Shown here piece by piece: positions 7,721-21,600 of a stretch of DNA of 35,729 nucleotides. Under the pieces are notes generated by a model that worked only from the letters and a program-made list of their open reading frames with translations, did not search any database and was not told the origin of the DNA. How positions within the stretch are numbered: the first letter of the stretch is position 1; every line of letters begins with the position of its first letter. A program made the translations under genes and the position numbers. The stretch comes from an uncultured virus (IMG/VR IMGVR_UViG_3300022178_000001) (Duplodnaviria > Heunggongvirae > Uroviricota > Caudoviricetes): the IMG/VR virus record IMGVR_UViG_3300022178_000001; one strand, written 5' to 3'.

Positions 7721-10343
7721 TTATCAGCAATTCATAACTGCCGATTCCGCCCCCAAATATGGGGAATATAACAAAATCGCTTTCAATACCAAATTGAGTC
7801 TTTCCACTTGAGTCTTGAAAGAATACAAGATTTGAAAGCTCTTGTGTAAATATAAGTGTTTCTGCCACCCTTGGTTGAGTAATTGTTCTAAAATACGATA
7901 TTCTATCTAGTCCTATAATTATATCTATAGTACCAAAATCTACCGTTCCTAGAGTTAGAGTCTCAAAATTATTATTTTCGATAGGTATTGTTATATCTAC
8001 AGAGCTAAATTGAGTTAGTATTGTGAAAAAATATCTATCGAATCCTGTAGTTATGGAAGTTTTACTAGTATCTAATATTGCATTATTATTAATTATATCC
8101 TGCCCAGACCCCCCACCTAAGTAAGTACTAGAATTTTCAATTTGAATTTCAATTTGGGCAGGTAGTATATTATTTGTAAAATTTCTTTCATATGTAGGCC
8201 GAACTTTAGTCTCTATTAGTACTCTACTCTGTAGAGGAGAGGGGCTAAAAAATTCTCTTGAAGACACGGCTACCCTTAAGTTTTGTAGCTCTGGGCTTTC
8301 TCCCATAGGTATAATTGGACGAAGTACTGTAAAATCTATACTGGTAGGCTCTCCAATATGAGTAGCTCGATGAGATATATCAATAGGCACAGGAATACTA
8401 GCTATTGGTAAGTAATCGTATTTAAGTTTGTTTGAGCCTAATTGATCTCCTAGCCAAGGTCCCTTTATCTCAAATTTAACAGGTTGTAGCATTATAACTT
8501 TTCCAAGATCTGGTTCCGGAGCTTTAGAGAGGTCATAATCGATGGCGGGAGTAGTAGGAAGATCTAACTGCCCGAATATCTCTATTCCTGCTTGCTGATT
8601 ATCACTTAAAATATTAGTGTTTTGATCTTCATTATTTTCCCAGCTTCTAAGTATTTGCTGATACTGTCCTGTAGGCTCTGCTTCTGGGTCGAGCAATATA
8701 TCAGAAGTATCCCAAGTATCCGCTATAGTTATTTTAAAGAAACTCATATAGAGATTCTGACACATTGCTTCACGATCTTCAACAAAAGGGCTTATATTCC
8801 AGGATAAATAAGTATCTTTATTATGATCATAGTTAGTTATTCCAGAATTTGCTGAACAGATCTGTTCCATAGTAGTCTTTAACTCAAGATTCTTAGAGAA
8901 AAAATAATGTAGTCCTGTTTGAAGGTCTAGAATATAGATAGTCTTAGCTATTTTAGAGTTTGTAACAGGAGGGAAAAAATCATCTATATCTGATACAGTC
9001 GCCTCATCAAAGACAGCCATATTATTAAAAGGATTATTACTATCCTCTATAGCCCTTATATCAGAAGTCTGTACTCCTGTACTTAGGAGGCATGCAGAGC
9101 TTTCTCTCTCAACCTGACCAGTATCTCTAACTCTTCGCCTTAGTTGAGCCCTCCCATCATGATTTAAATCTGGGAAAGATTGAGGCACATCCCCTAATCG
9201 AGGGATAGGAATTCCAGAAAACGTAGTAGACATACCTATGATAGCATCAAATGTAAAAGGATAATCTCCCTCGTGGGATGAGGTATTAGTAGTTTTCAAA
9301 TGATCGAAAGCTACTCTAAGGTACCTACTCCTCATAGCAGCTCCCGGAATTTTTACCCCCATACCATGATCTTGAGGGTAAGTTGAAGTATTACCAATAA
9401 AAAGTACTCCATATTGTCCAGATTCCTCTGTATTAAAGCCGTACCCAGTACCAAGATATTGTCTCGAAGGCCTCGCCCCTGGATTCTGACGAGACATAGT
9501 GTATTCTAGTCCTCCTACAATACTACTAGGCCTAAGTAAGGGCTCTACTGCAAATTGAATATTATCATATAGAAGGGATACAGGACCATCCTGCCACGAA
9601 TAATCTCCATTAGGATAAGTCGTACCAAAAATGTCTGCATTATTAGTCAATTCTACTATTCTATAATACTCTGTAGTAGTTCCTACTGCTGCACTTGGTA
9701 CGTACCCTGAAGGCTGTGGATTTGCTGTTTGAGCCCACGTTGCGTCATAAGAAACAGATATATTTACACTTGAGGGAAATGATTGCGTAATATCAGGGGG
9801 TATCAATTCTCCATCCATAACCTGAATAGTTGTTAAACCTTGAATAGCTTCTGGGGACCCAAACTCTAAGACCGAGAAACTTACAAATCTAGTAGGATCC
9901 TTCTGTGTAATAATATCAGAGTACTGATTATTCCAAGCAGTATAAGATACATCTGCAAAAACATCTCTTACATTTACTAAAGACTCTCCTGACTTAAAAG
10001 CATAAGGAGAAAATACTCCGTGACGAGCATAGCCATAGCCAAGTGAGATAGTGTCGAACTCTACCTCAATTGGGGTCTGAGTACTTGCGGAACTAAGCAC
10101 ATTAATCTGAGCTTCAGTGGTGGAATAAGAATTAATAAATCTAATAGAACTTGCTCCAGTAACTACTTCTGTACTACTAAACTCTGTCTGAACTGACTCT
10201 CTCGCATCGGGACTTGGAACTACTAATATCGTAGTTTCCGTATTACTCCAAGTATTTGGGCGATCAAGAGCTGACGGAGCGTATTGCTCCGTCAGAATAT
10301 CGATTTGAGTTATTACTTTAGAAGTAGCTACTGAAATAGTCAT
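7713..10343 (-). CDS. Putative virion structural protein
   Basis: 876 aa, acidic, S/T/I-rich, in operon with the adhesin; no family recognised. Confidence 0.65.
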   Translation of the reverse strand: MTISVATSKVITQIDILTEQYAPSALDRPNTWSNTETTILVVPSPDARESVQTEFSSTEVVTGASSIRFINSYSTTEAQINVLSSASTQTPIEVEFDTISLGYGYARHGVFSPYAFKSGESLVNVRDVFADVSYTAWNNQYSDIITQKDPTRFVSFSVLEFGSPEAIQGLTTIQVMDGELIPPDITQSFPSSVNISVSYDATWAQTANPQPSGYVPSAAVGTTTEYYRIVELTNNADIFGTTYPNGDYSWQDGPVSLLYDNIQFAVEPLLRPSSIVGGLEYTMSRQNPGARPSRQYLGTGYGFNTEESGQYGVLFIGNTSTYPQDHGMGVKIPGAAMRSRYLRVAFDHLKTTNTSSHEGDYPFTFDAIIGMSTTFSGIPIPRLGDVPQSFPDLNHDGRAQLRRRVRDTGQVERESSACLLSTGVQTSDIRAIEDSNNPFNNMAVFDEATVSDIDDFFPPVTNSKIAKTIYILDLQTGLHYFFSKNLELKTTMEQICSANSGITNYDHNKDTYLSWNISPFVEDREAMCQNLYMSFFKITIADTWDTSDILLDPEAEPTGQYQQILRSWENNEDQNTNILSDNQQAGIEIFGQLDLPTTPAIDYDLSKAPEPDLGKVIMLQPVKFEIKGPWLGDQLGSNKLKYDYLPIASIPVPIDISHRATHIGEPTSIDFTVLRPIIPMGESPELQNLRVAVSSREFFSPSPLQSRVLIETKVRPTYERNFTNNILPAQIEIQIENSSTYLGGGSGQDIINNNAILDTSKTSITTGFDRYFFTILTQFSSVDITIPIENNNFETLTLGTVDFGTIDIIIGLDRISYFRTITQPRVAETLIFTQELSNLVFFQDSSGKTQFGIESDFVIFPIFGGGIGSYELLISE

Positions 10344-10346
10344 TTA

Positions 10347-12278
10347 TTAAATATCCACACTTGCAGTAATGTTAGAGAATCCTGCACTATTAATAAATAT
10401 ATCAACATCGATAGGGTCAGATGCACTCGTGGTAACAGTAGTAATAGTAGTACCTCCAGTGAAAGTCATACCAGTTCCTTCAATTAGCAATTTAACATCT
10501 GTAGAAATTCTAGCCCCTTGTGCATTGTACGCACTAACTGCTACCGTACTCGCAATCTGTGCTCCTGCGTACGTGTAGCTAGTAGCAGCCGGAGTTACTG
10601 TTACAGTAAGAGGCAAACTAGGAGTTAGCAAGTGCAGTTCTGGATAATTTGTGCTACCTAAAGAAGTACTATCTTTAGTGTACCAAATTCTATCAGTACT
10701 GTCTCTACCAATACTGGTTATTTTATAGGATAAAGTATTTGCTGTTTCCCATCCAGTAGCTGAGTTAAAAGAAATAATTAAAAAACTATAATCGTCATTA
10801 AGACCTATAAGCGTTTCTTCATCGTTTAAAAATATATGCGACTGCCAAGGAAATGGTAATACCTTCTTACTATGAAATGTAAAGAGCCGAGGATCTGCAG
10901 CATCAATTTTCCAAGTTAATAGGGTTTTTATTGTATCATTAGTGGCATAATACCTAGGAGCATCAACCCAGATAAGCGTAATATATCTTTCCCCATTAAA
11001 TTCAAATAAATGATGAGTAACGATAGAAGTGTTGTTATAAGAATTGTTCTCCCTAAACATCCCCGGATATAGACTATTGTTAATGACAGCATTCCAAGCA
11101 TCAACACCGCTGGATTTACCAGTAAATCCTACAGATTGTCCTGCTCCTGCCTGCATTATAACATCAGTTTGTACAGTGAAGGAATCATCCGTAGTATCCC
11201 ACGTCCATAGATCGGGGTGATAGTCACTATTATCGTCAATATAAACGGCGTACCAAAGTTTTGTGTTTCCTGTACCATCTCTAGGGTCAGTCATAGTTCT
11301 ACTAGGTTTAGTAGGCACATGATATGGGCTGGAGTTAGCAAAGTTTCCTCCGGATGTAGTACCATCACTCGTTAAATCATTTACATCTAGTCCTCCGGCT
11401 GATCTGGCCGTCGCCGACATCGCAGAACCAGTTATCATGGTAGTCACGGTCTGCTGGTTCGTGCCCGTACACTTATATATGGTCGTCCGATAGGCGCTGC
11501 TCACGTTGCTGCCGGGGCTATAAGAGTTATAAACGTTCACAAATATAGGCTGAGCATCAACACTGCTTATTCCTAGGAAAGAAGTAGAGGTATAGTTAGT
11601 AAAAGCATAGCCTGAGGTGAGGTTTTGAACGCCTGGCCAGTTAATATTGTACCCTCTCATTATCCTATCGGTGTACCATTGATTAGTGGTATTATAGAAC
11701 CTATATAGACCCCCTATCTCATTACCCGGACTGTGATAATATAACCAATAAGAAGAATTTCCCGGTCGAACGATGCTGGTCAGAGAGGGTTGATAACTCA
11801 CGCCTCCGGAAAAAGCAATATCAGTTAAGTCTTGAGACTCAGATACTCCGAGACTCGTCAAGGTTACCGTGGCGCTCTCGGCCTCAGTGCCGGTCCAGGC
11901 GAAAACTGCATCAGAGGACCCATTATTCATAACAAATACGTCAGCTTTAGCTTTATAATTTCTATCCATAGACATCCAAAACTTATGCTGATGCAAATTT
12001 AGATAGGTCGTGGGGGTCGTGTTGGTATAATTATCAAAACCCACGTAGTCTTTTGATAGAGCCATCTGGTAGCCCGGCCTATTATAAGACTGCCTGTTAC
12101 TACTTGCTATACCATTTGAATTAGAGGTGGTGGTTGCAAACTTTTTATTGTAGATAGGGCTTAGAGTAGAAAAGTCATGCTTATAATCAAATAAATATAA
12201 ACCATCATTTGAAACTCGTGGGTCTTCTAGGATTACGAACGCGGCGCTTGATCCTTTATAATCATAAATTTTAGCCAT
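10347..12278 (-). CDS. Putative virion/receptor-binding protein with C-terminal Ig-like segment
   Basis: 643 aa S/T/N/Y/G-rich; C-terminal TVTVTPAATSYTYAG...TVTTS beta-sandwich-like region. Confidence 0.65.
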   Translation of the reverse strand: MAKIYDYKGSSAAFVILEDPRVSNDGLYLFDYKHDFSTLSPIYNKKFATTTSNSNGIASSNRQSYNRPGYQMALSKDYVGFDNYTNTTPTTYLNLHQHKFWMSMDRNYKAKADVFVMNNGSSDAVFAWTGTEAESATVTLTSLGVSESQDLTDIAFSGGVSYQPSLTSIVRPGNSSYWLYYHSPGNEIGGLYRFYNTTNQWYTDRIMRGYNINWPGVQNLTSGYAFTNYTSTSFLGISSVDAQPIFVNVYNSYSPGSNVSSAYRTTIYKCTGTNQQTVTTMITGSAMSATARSAGGLDVNDLTSDGTTSGGNFANSSPYHVPTKPSRTMTDPRDGTGNTKLWYAVYIDDNSDYHPDLWTWDTTDDSFTVQTDVIMQAGAGQSVGFTGKSSGVDAWNAVINNSLYPGMFRENNSYNNTSIVTHHLFEFNGERYITLIWVDAPRYYATNDTIKTLLTWKIDAADPRLFTFHSKKVLPFPWQSHIFLNDEETLIGLNDDYSFLIISFNSATGWETANTLSYKITSIGRDSTDRIWYTKDSTSLGSTNYPELHLLTPSLPLTVTVTPAATSYTYAGAQIASTVAVSAYNAQGARISTDVKLLIEGTGMTFTGGTTITTVTTSASDPIDVDIFINSAGFSNITASVDI

Positions 12279-12279
12279 T

Positions 12280-12618
12280 TTATTGTACCTCCTCTAATTC
12301 AGCATCTGGAAAAAGATCTAAAAAAATCTCTACTCCTTGCTCTTTTGATGTGATAGGATTCTTATAGGTTGCTCCTCTACGTGGATCGTACATAAATCCT
12401 TGCATCGAACCAAAAGGACAGGTATGCTCTTCGTGCTCTTCATCATCGGCCTCTGTTAAAGGACTAAAATGTATCTCCCATAAACCATCGGTTAAACTTA
12501 CAGTTGCTAAATGGTCGTGAGTACAACGCTCTATAGCAGCACTGCCGTCCTCTAATATCTGTACTTGTCCATCTTCTCCTAGGACTGGTACAGGGTAACT
12601 TATAGTATAATTGCTCAA
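12280..12618 (-). CDS. Small acidic protein, possible fibre assembly chaperone
   Basis: TTG start behind TAAGGAGA; directly follows the giant adhesin. Confidence 0.65.
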   Translation of the reverse strand: MSNYTISYPVPVLGEDGQVQILEDGSAAIERCTHDHLATVSLTDGLWEIHFSPLTEADDEEHEEHTCPFGSMQGFMYDPRRGATYKNPITSKEQGVEIFLDLFPDAELEEVQ

Positions 12619-12629
12619 AATTGATCTCC

Positions 12630-15600
12630 TTATGAGTAAATGAACTTAATGGACAGGTTAGTACCTGGCCCAGATATTATGTCAACAGTTATTTCATCCG
12701 CAGGCCCCACTACAACTCCCGCAGTAAAAGCAGCTTCAATGAAGGGAGCCGCGGGGGGTATAACAAATTGCTGAACCTCAGCACCACTTCGCATCACAGA
12801 AAATATTAGAGAGGCACCAGAAGGTTGATCAACTTGTGCTCGTATCTCATGTAATGTTATCGTTTGTTGAGGTTGAAATAACTGTGTTCCAGTTAGTGGT
12901 CCTGTAAACTGTCCGGCTCTAACCAAGTAGAACGCATTGGTTCTCTTTAAGTTATACCATATAGTTCCTTCCCACACATATAAAACGCCTGTGTCTTGTG
13001 CAAAAGATAAATCCCCTAAGTTCCCTATTGCAGGAAAAGAGTTTCTAGTTGCATATACAACGGCAGGACTAGGAGTAGGCGTAGCTTCCCAAGTATCTGT
13101 GTTCCCGTTATATTTTAATACATCCCCATTATTGGGGGTTGTTGGTATTGAAACATTAGATAGGTCTTCTAATGTATCCACATTAGATGTACCTACTATT
13201 GCTAATTCAAATTTATTTGTTCCAGTATCGTATATTAATCCTTGACCTTGAGTAGCTCCTACAGCATTCACATCTGTTAAGTCTGTTAGTGCAGCCGCGA
13301 ACTCTATAGTTGTAGGAACCCACTTATCTTGATCATTGTATACTAAGTACTGTCCTTCTGTAACTCCAGTCAAATCTACGTCTGTTAATTCTGATACGGC
13401 TGTTGCTACGGTTCCGGGCTCCCACTCACTACTTGTGGAATTATACTGCAGGAATTGATTATCAGTAACTCCCTCTAGATTTACATCGGTTAAGCCATCT
13501 AAACTAAACTCATTATCTACTGCGCTCCATTGATCTCCAATAGTATTGTATACTAGTATCTGACCTGTAGTTGGAGTAGATACACTGCTACCCATATTAC
13601 TTAAAGAATCAAGAGCTCGTTCAGGTATACCCGCCTCCCACTTAGAGGTATTCTCATTCCAAATTAAAGTTTGAGATGCTGTAGGAGCTACAGTAGTATC
13701 TATATCTGATAGATTAGTAGTTGCTAAAGTCCCATTTGACCATATTCCTTCAGAGTATAATAAAAGATCGTTGTTTTCAATGTCAGCTAAACTAATATCT
13801 GTTAGACTGGGAAGAGACACATCTCCAGGAGACCAAGTACTAGTAACACTATTATACTGTAGGTATTGTCCATCTGTAGGAAATAATGTAAAAGTGTCTA
13901 CATCTGTTAAATCTCCGATACCTGCAATAAGTGACGCAGTGCTATCAGAGTCAAGGTCAATATTACTAGTATTAGAACTTACTAAAAGCTCGGTTTCAGA
14001 TACAGCTCGTCCTATCTTTCCGAAGCCTGTAGCTCCAGGGAATAAGGTTCCATCTACAGCTACGTAGTAATTAGCCCCGGGTATAAGCCCTGATAGTGCA
14101 GAAACAAAACCAGAACCTGTAATAATAGTAGTAGTATCTCCAGCTAAGTAAGCACCCTCTGAAATACCTACCCAATCTGCGGCCTTGCTAGAAATAGATA
14201 TATCATTCAAATTATAAGTTATTGCCTGATATCCTGTAGAGTATACTAATCTAGTTTTAAAGAGGGATGCACAGCTGCCTACACTTGAAGTAGTCTCACT
14301 TGCTAGTAGAATTCTCGATGCGATATCAAAAACTCTGAAACCCTTATTAGACCCGTATGTTACAACTAAAGTTTTTTCATTCGCAGAAAGAGACTTCTGC
14401 CCATAATCTAAGTAAGCAGACCCAGAAGTATATAAAAGTGTGCCATCCAGCAGGCTATGAATGTACAGGTAGCCTGAATAAGTACTAGCTACAATTAAGT
14501 AATTACTATTTATCGCGATAGTATCTGCATTGTAATGAGGTACTTCTATAGTACTTACTAAATCATAGGCATAATCATATATATAAGCAGTTGCAGAATT
14601 AAGCCCGTCCTGTAAGACATCATATATGAGAATTTTACTACCGTCATCAAGCATAGCTACTTGTGTGCCAAAACTTCTAGAATTTACGGCAGAGGAATTA
14701 GGATGTTCAAAAGTATGTACTAGGTTTCCTGTATACGCATTAAATAAGAACGCCCTACCTAGAGATGCATTACTAATAGGATCTCTATAGTTTTTGTCCC
14801 CCACTAAAAGGAAGTTTCCTTGAAAATCTATAGACTTTTGATGGTAGCCAAAGCCATTTGAAGTAGTTCTAGAGGGATCGGGGTGCTCAATTGATCTTAA
14901 GTACTCTCCAGTAGTACCTTTATAAATATGAACCTTACCCTTGCCATTAGCATAAGGATTTTCAGCTGCTATAATAGCTACTAAGTCCCCGTTTGTGGCA
15001 ACAGTATTACCAAACTGCTGGTAGGTATAGCTAGTAGGAGGATATAGTACCTGTAACAATTCTCCGGAACTAGCACTATATACAAATGCTTTTCCTGTAT
15101 TTGTAATTCCTGGTAGGTCAAATTCAGGATTACCTGCTACTATTAAATCTTCATATATATCAATTGATCTACCGTAGCCTGAGAGAGAAATATCCTGAAA
15201 GAAGTCATTTTCGAATACTGCAGTCCCTGTTATTTCCTCCGTACCCCGTATTTGAGCTACTTTAGAGTTATTAGTTATATAGACGGGCTCGCCCGCAGCA
15301 ATAGAGCCTTCAGCCTCTATATTTATAAAGTTTCCGAAAACATTTCTAGCTACTGTCCACTCAAGCGCTTCACCGTCCCATTCAAGAATATCTCTATCAG
15401 TTTTAAATACATTTGTATTTACATCAGTTAATTCATCGAGAGTTGATACTTGGGAAAAAGTTTCAGGCACCCACTGTGAGCCGTTCCAAGAAAGACTTTG
15501 CCCAACAGCTACATTAGAAATACTAACATCATTTAAGTCATTAAAAGCAAAAACATTAGAGTACCCAATATCGGTAGCTTTCCATTTTCCACTCAAAGAC

Positions 15601-18600
15601 TCAAATACCAAAGCTTGGGTATCTTCTGGAGGTGTATCAATCAAAGATACATCATCTAATTCAGTTATACTAGTTATAGTAGATACGAACTTACCTTCCC
15701 AGAATTGACCATTCCATGTTAAAGCATGGGAGGGGGTAAGACCACTAGAAAAATCTACGTCGCTAAGGTCTGGCATAGTAGCTACGCCAGAAATACTGCC
15801 GAGTATTAATAGTTGTTGACTATTTGTTGCAATACCTACTAAGCCATAATCAGTTGTATTTGTCGTTAGTGTACCGTCAAAGTTCGCGTAGTAATAGGTA
15901 GCAGGAACTAATCCTGAGTATACGAATGGAGTAAGCCCCCCAAGAATAACAACTTCCCCAGTCTCTCCTTGAGTCATAGTACCCGCTGCGATACCTATCC
16001 ACTCACCTGCATCAGAACTAATAGCAGATTCACTTACATCGAATAGATGTACAGCTCCACGATCAATTGCAGGATTTTGCTGACTACCAGCGCTGAGATC
16101 ACTATAAGGAGCGCCTGCTATAGCTTTTCCTGCGGGGGTTATAGCAACAGCCGTTCCCATTCTTTCTCCGGAAGGAGATACATTGTATCCAGGGTTATCA
16201 AAACCTCCATAATAAACAGGGGGAGCAGCATTAGAGTATACATGAATTTTTCCGGAATCAGGATAACCCTCTTTGCCAGTTTCTGAGCCTATTACTATCT
16301 GGTACTCCCCAATAGCTACGGAAACGCCAAACCTATCACCTATTGCTTCTGGGCTTTGAATAGTATGTAGTAGGGCCCCTGTAGTAGCTGAAAAGATATA
16401 AACTATGCCTTGATTTGCATTGTATCCAGGTGCTCCGACTATTATTTTTTCTGGCCAGTAAGCTAGTACTGTTCCGAAGCCTTCTGAATCAATATTAGGA
16501 TTTACTAAAGTTGCGATACTAGCAGTAGTTACACGATTTCTTATATAGATTCTACCAGTACTTAGAGTACCTCCGGTGTCCTCGGAGGGAGCAGAAATAA
16601 TTACGGACGAAGGCGTGATACTAACTACAGAACCGAAAGCATCTCCAGCGGGGGTACCCTCATCGTTAGAATTTTCAAATATTTTACTAGGAGGAATAAT
16701 TGGCCATTCCTCCTCTTCTACGTCATATGAGTAACCATCAAGGTCATTAAAATCATATAAATAGGCTCTTCCCGTATTAAAGCTAGTAGGGCTATCGTAG
16801 CCTGGTGATCCGATTAAAATGGCAGTGTCATCTATAGATACAGACGCTCCGAAGTTGTCATTTGCATTTTGATTAAAAGGGCAGGGTATTATGTATACTA
16901 AACTACCAGTAGATATTCTAAAAACATATACTATGCCTGTCTGCACGGCTCCATTTATTGTTCCCTTAGGCGCACCTACTGCTAGGTAATCTCCGTAAAT
17001 ACTTATAGACTCTCCAAAGTATTGATTGGAAACATTTGCAATAACTTGGTAGCCCTCACGCGGGGGATAGAAAGTTCTAACAGGAGCGTCAGTAACTGCA
17101 TCATATACAGTTACAACTCCGAAGTAACTTCCAACACCCTGTGCTGAGGCTCCTGGAGCAGAGACTGCGTAATAATCACCCTGATGTGTAATAACTGAGC
17201 CAAATAACGCATAGTTACTTGGTACAGATGCAGGTATACTTGCAAGGAATGCGCCAATAGATATTTCTACATTTTTAAATTGTCCTGTATTTCCATATAG
17301 TACTATGCTTCCTTCAGTTATATTTTCGGAAGCTACTCCTGTAATTCTCTGTCCTTCGGGTAAATCTGTTGGTCTCCATGTTGCCCCATCGAATTGTAGT
17401 ACTTGATCTTCTAAAGGTGGGATAGTATCTAAGTCTACGTCTGTTAAATCATTTATTATAGCTACATTACTAGACCCCGTAGCTGCATTAACCCATGACT
17501 GGGCTACTCCATTCCAAGTTAGAACTTGCCCTGACTGAAGTAAATTAGGTACTGGTAAAAATACATCATCCAGCTCTCCAATATTTGAGACCCCGCCAGA
17601 AACTGCGCCTGTTACCCAGCCTGAACCATTCCAAACTAATCCATCTCCAACTTGTGGGGTAACACTTGTTACGTCGTTTAAATCATTAAGTACATTTACT
17701 TGATCAGCAGTATTAGACTCTACGTCACCTGTTATAAGTAGTGTATTTGGACTAAGCGCCTTTCCTATAATTCCATAAGGAGAAAGTGTGAGGGTATATC
17801 CTCCGTCTACTTGCAAATAATAATTACTGCCTGCTTCCAGCCCAAATAAATTTTTTGCTACTCCTCCGAATAGCGTAACGTTCCCAACCTCTCCATCAGC
17901 AATATCTTCAAACGCTATACCTATCCATGCGTCAGCATTGGTGGTAATTTGAGAATCAAAAGTTACAACAGCGCCAGAATTAAAATCACTACTAATTGTA
18001 TTTCTAACATAGGGAGTACCTACATGATATAAGTCATTAAAGCCCTGACCTCCAATAGCTACTGAGTAACCGAACTGCTCATTAGTAGAGTCCCCATATA
18101 TATTAGGATTAGAGAAGATAGCTTCTAATTGACCTGAAGTAGCATCCAGTAAATAAGCTTTACCAGCATTAGTATACTTCCCGCCAACATAGCCCTGCTC
18201 TTCATAAGTTGCTCCAGCTAAGAGCTTGCCCTCTTTCATATCTACGGACCAACCAAATCGATCTCCGGTTGTAGGGTTATTATAACTATTAGGATTAGTA
18301 ATTACAGTTCGGAAATCTAGTGTATTCAGATCCCATATAAATACTCTGCCCTGGTCGTACCCCTCAGGGTAATCTGTATCCGAATCATAAGATCCTATAG
18401 CTAAAAGATTTGGATAAACTTGATCCCACTTTAAAGCACTTGCGAAATTATAACTAAAGCCGCCACCTAATCCAGGATTTGCTATATAGGCTACTTGTAC
18501 AGGATCGATTTCCTCGTTAGAAATATCAAATATATATACGCCACCCTTGGTAGAACTTGGCCCTTCGTTCTTGCTAGCAACTGCAAGGTATTGTCCAGTA

Positions 18601-21600
18601 CTATTTAAAGCTACTTTCGTACCAAACTGGTCATTATATGAGCCGCCGGTCTCATTAGGATTTGTTATAATATGAGGAAATTGGGCCTCGCCAACAGCAG
18701 GAGACGGATTAACTATGTATACTACTCCGCTATTGATAGCTATGTTACCAGAATCAAAGGGAGCTCCGACTGCTAATCTTTCACCTCCAAGAGATATTGA
18801 ATGTCCAAATTGACTGTTATTGGGGCTATAAGACTGTACGGACCCAAATGTTGCTAGGCCGGGGTGTACTATTTGGCTAGTTATAGCATTAGTAGTACGA
18901 TTATAAAGATATACTGCTCCAGTTTGGTAGTTTAGTCCTGAATCTTCGAAAGGCGCACTAATCGCAAATAAATTACCATGTATTGCTAAGCTAAATCCAA
19001 ATCTATCATTTGCTGGGGAGGCGTTTATATTATTATTATTAATAGTTGCTTCTAGAAATCCAAGCGCATCATATACATATACTTTACCCGAGTCGATCTC
19101 GCCTGTCTCATCTTCTCTATCCGCCGATACGAGCAGCTTATCAGTACTTGCTGCAAGACTATAGGCAAAAAAGTCATTTGAAGCAGTACCAAAAGGAGTT
19201 GGATTTTCTTTGTACCAGGCAGGCTGAAAAGGAGACTGGCCTGTTCTACTAACAGAGCCATTCAAATTGATAGAAACTACCTCTCCCTGTAGAATGTCTC
19301 CTTCGGCTATAAAGTCTTCAATGCCTCCTGAGTGCCCGTTTCTAGGATACCATCTATTAATGGAGGAATCCCAGGTAAGTACTTGTAACTCTTTAGGAGG
19401 GTAAGAAATAACATTGACATCTACTAAATCGCCAATGAAAGCTGCGACAGCATCCCCTGTAGGTCCAGGAACCCAGTTACTGCCATCCCAAAATAAGCTT
19501 TCGCCAGCCTCAGGTACATTTCCTCCCGTAGTTGTATCTACATCTCCTAAAGAGCCTAAACTGATTGTATCAAGACTGGGAGACCCCGGTCTAAAGACGG
19601 AATCAATAGCATTCCATACTAGTGTTTCACCCTCTAAGGGATTATTACCAAGACTCGTAATGTCTACCTCATCTAAACCGCTTAAACTTGTTACTGTAAT
19701 GTTGGCAATGAGTTGAGGTTCCCACTTACTTGTAATAGAGTTATAAGCTATTACATCAGCCTCAGTTGGAGCCTGGGTTTGTAAATCTACATCTGTTAAA
19801 TCATCAAGTGAAGCAACCCTAGATACCGCCCCTGGAATCCATTTATCCTCCTCAAGATTATAAACTAAAACATCGTTACTTACTGGCGTAATCTCTTGTA
19901 AGTCTACATCTGTTAAATCATCAAGTATAAATACATTTGAAGTTCCAGTCTGTTGAGGTATCCATTTATCTAAAATAAAACTATAGACTAAAGAGTCTCC
20001 GTGCTCTAACCCCGCAGTATTAACATCACTTAACTCATTAAGAACAAAAGATCCTTGAGGAATATAATTCGCAAGAGCCCAATGAGTTCCAGTCCATTGT
20101 ATACTTTGACCAGGAGTAGGGGAGGCTACAGAAGTATCCGATAGCCCACCAAACGTAGTAATATTACTATATCCAATTGTTTTTGGAGACCATCTATTAT
20201 TTGCACTATCCCACACCAATCCTTGGTTATTAGCCGGAGGCTTAGAAACAGTATCCACATCTCGAATATCGTTTAAGTAGCTTACACCGGTCTCAGCGCT
20301 TACTACGTTACCTGTAATTAAAAGCTCAGTTTCTGCGGTAGCTTTACCCAAAACTCCGTAATCTGTTTCGGTAAGAGTTAAAAAGCCTCTACCATCTAAA
20401 TAATAGTTTTTATTAGTTTCCAGCCCTGATACAAATTTATTAACAGAACCTACTGTTGTAACAAGTACATCTTTATTATCTGCTACTAGTCTATCTTCTT
20501 CTACTATACCTACCCAATTGTCTGCATTACTAGTTAAGAATGAAGAACTTGAAAAAGTATGAATTTCTCCTACCCCTGCAATAGTTAAGCGAGGAGCTCC
20601 AATAATAGTATAGTCATTAGTTACTGCAAGACTGTAGCCCCAATTAATATTAGTGTCTGTAGGATTTTTAAACTCATTTAAGAATCTCCCAGTGTTTACA
20701 TCAAATATGTAAACAGTACCCCAGCTAGTGCCTATGGTTCTTTCATCAGTAGCTGATGCTATTATATAGTCGTTAGATATAGCTACTGTATTACCGAACT
20801 TATCTGCTCCTCCTGATATATTCCTATCTGGATTTGTTATAGTGTAGTTAAAGTCTCCGGTAACAAGGTTATATACAAATATTTTACCCCCTTCTGAATT
20901 AGGGGCTCCTACAACTAGCCTACCGCTAGTTGATATACCCATCGAATTACCAAAGTTCCCTTCAAAGTTATTCGGGCTGGTTAAGGTATAGAGTAATCCG
21001 GCTGTAGCTGCTTGGTATACTCTGACTTCATTATTTAAGGGATGGCCTATAGCTATGTAGCCAGAAGCACCTACAGCTACAGACTGGCCCCATCCTGTAA
21101 TAGAAGGAGTAGGGCTTTGAATAGAGTGTAGTAGGTTGCCTGTTGCAGGATTGAATATATAAACAACCCCCGTATTATTATCAGATAAATTTATAGGCTC
21201 TTCAGTTATAGCTGAGACAACAATATAATCGTTGGTAATTTGTACTCTATTACCAAATTGGTCATCTAGAGTGGACGTAGATAGATTAGGATTTTCAATA
21301 GTTTCTGATAATGTAAATCCAGGTAAATCATATATGTAAATTCGTCCAGCATTGCTATTATAGCCAGGAGCACCTACTACAAAGAAATTGTCTGAGATAG
21401 ATACTGATTCACCAAATTTTGTTGCAAGCCCTGGAGTTGGATTAGTAATGACCTGTAACAGTGAATTAGTAGAAGTATCGTATATTTCAATTTTACCCCC
21501 AGTAGTTGAGTTTTCAAACCCGGGAGCTCCAACAATATAGTAGTTATCTGAAACGTATACCGATTTTCCATAGTAGTCAGAAGCTGAAGAAGGAGTAGCT

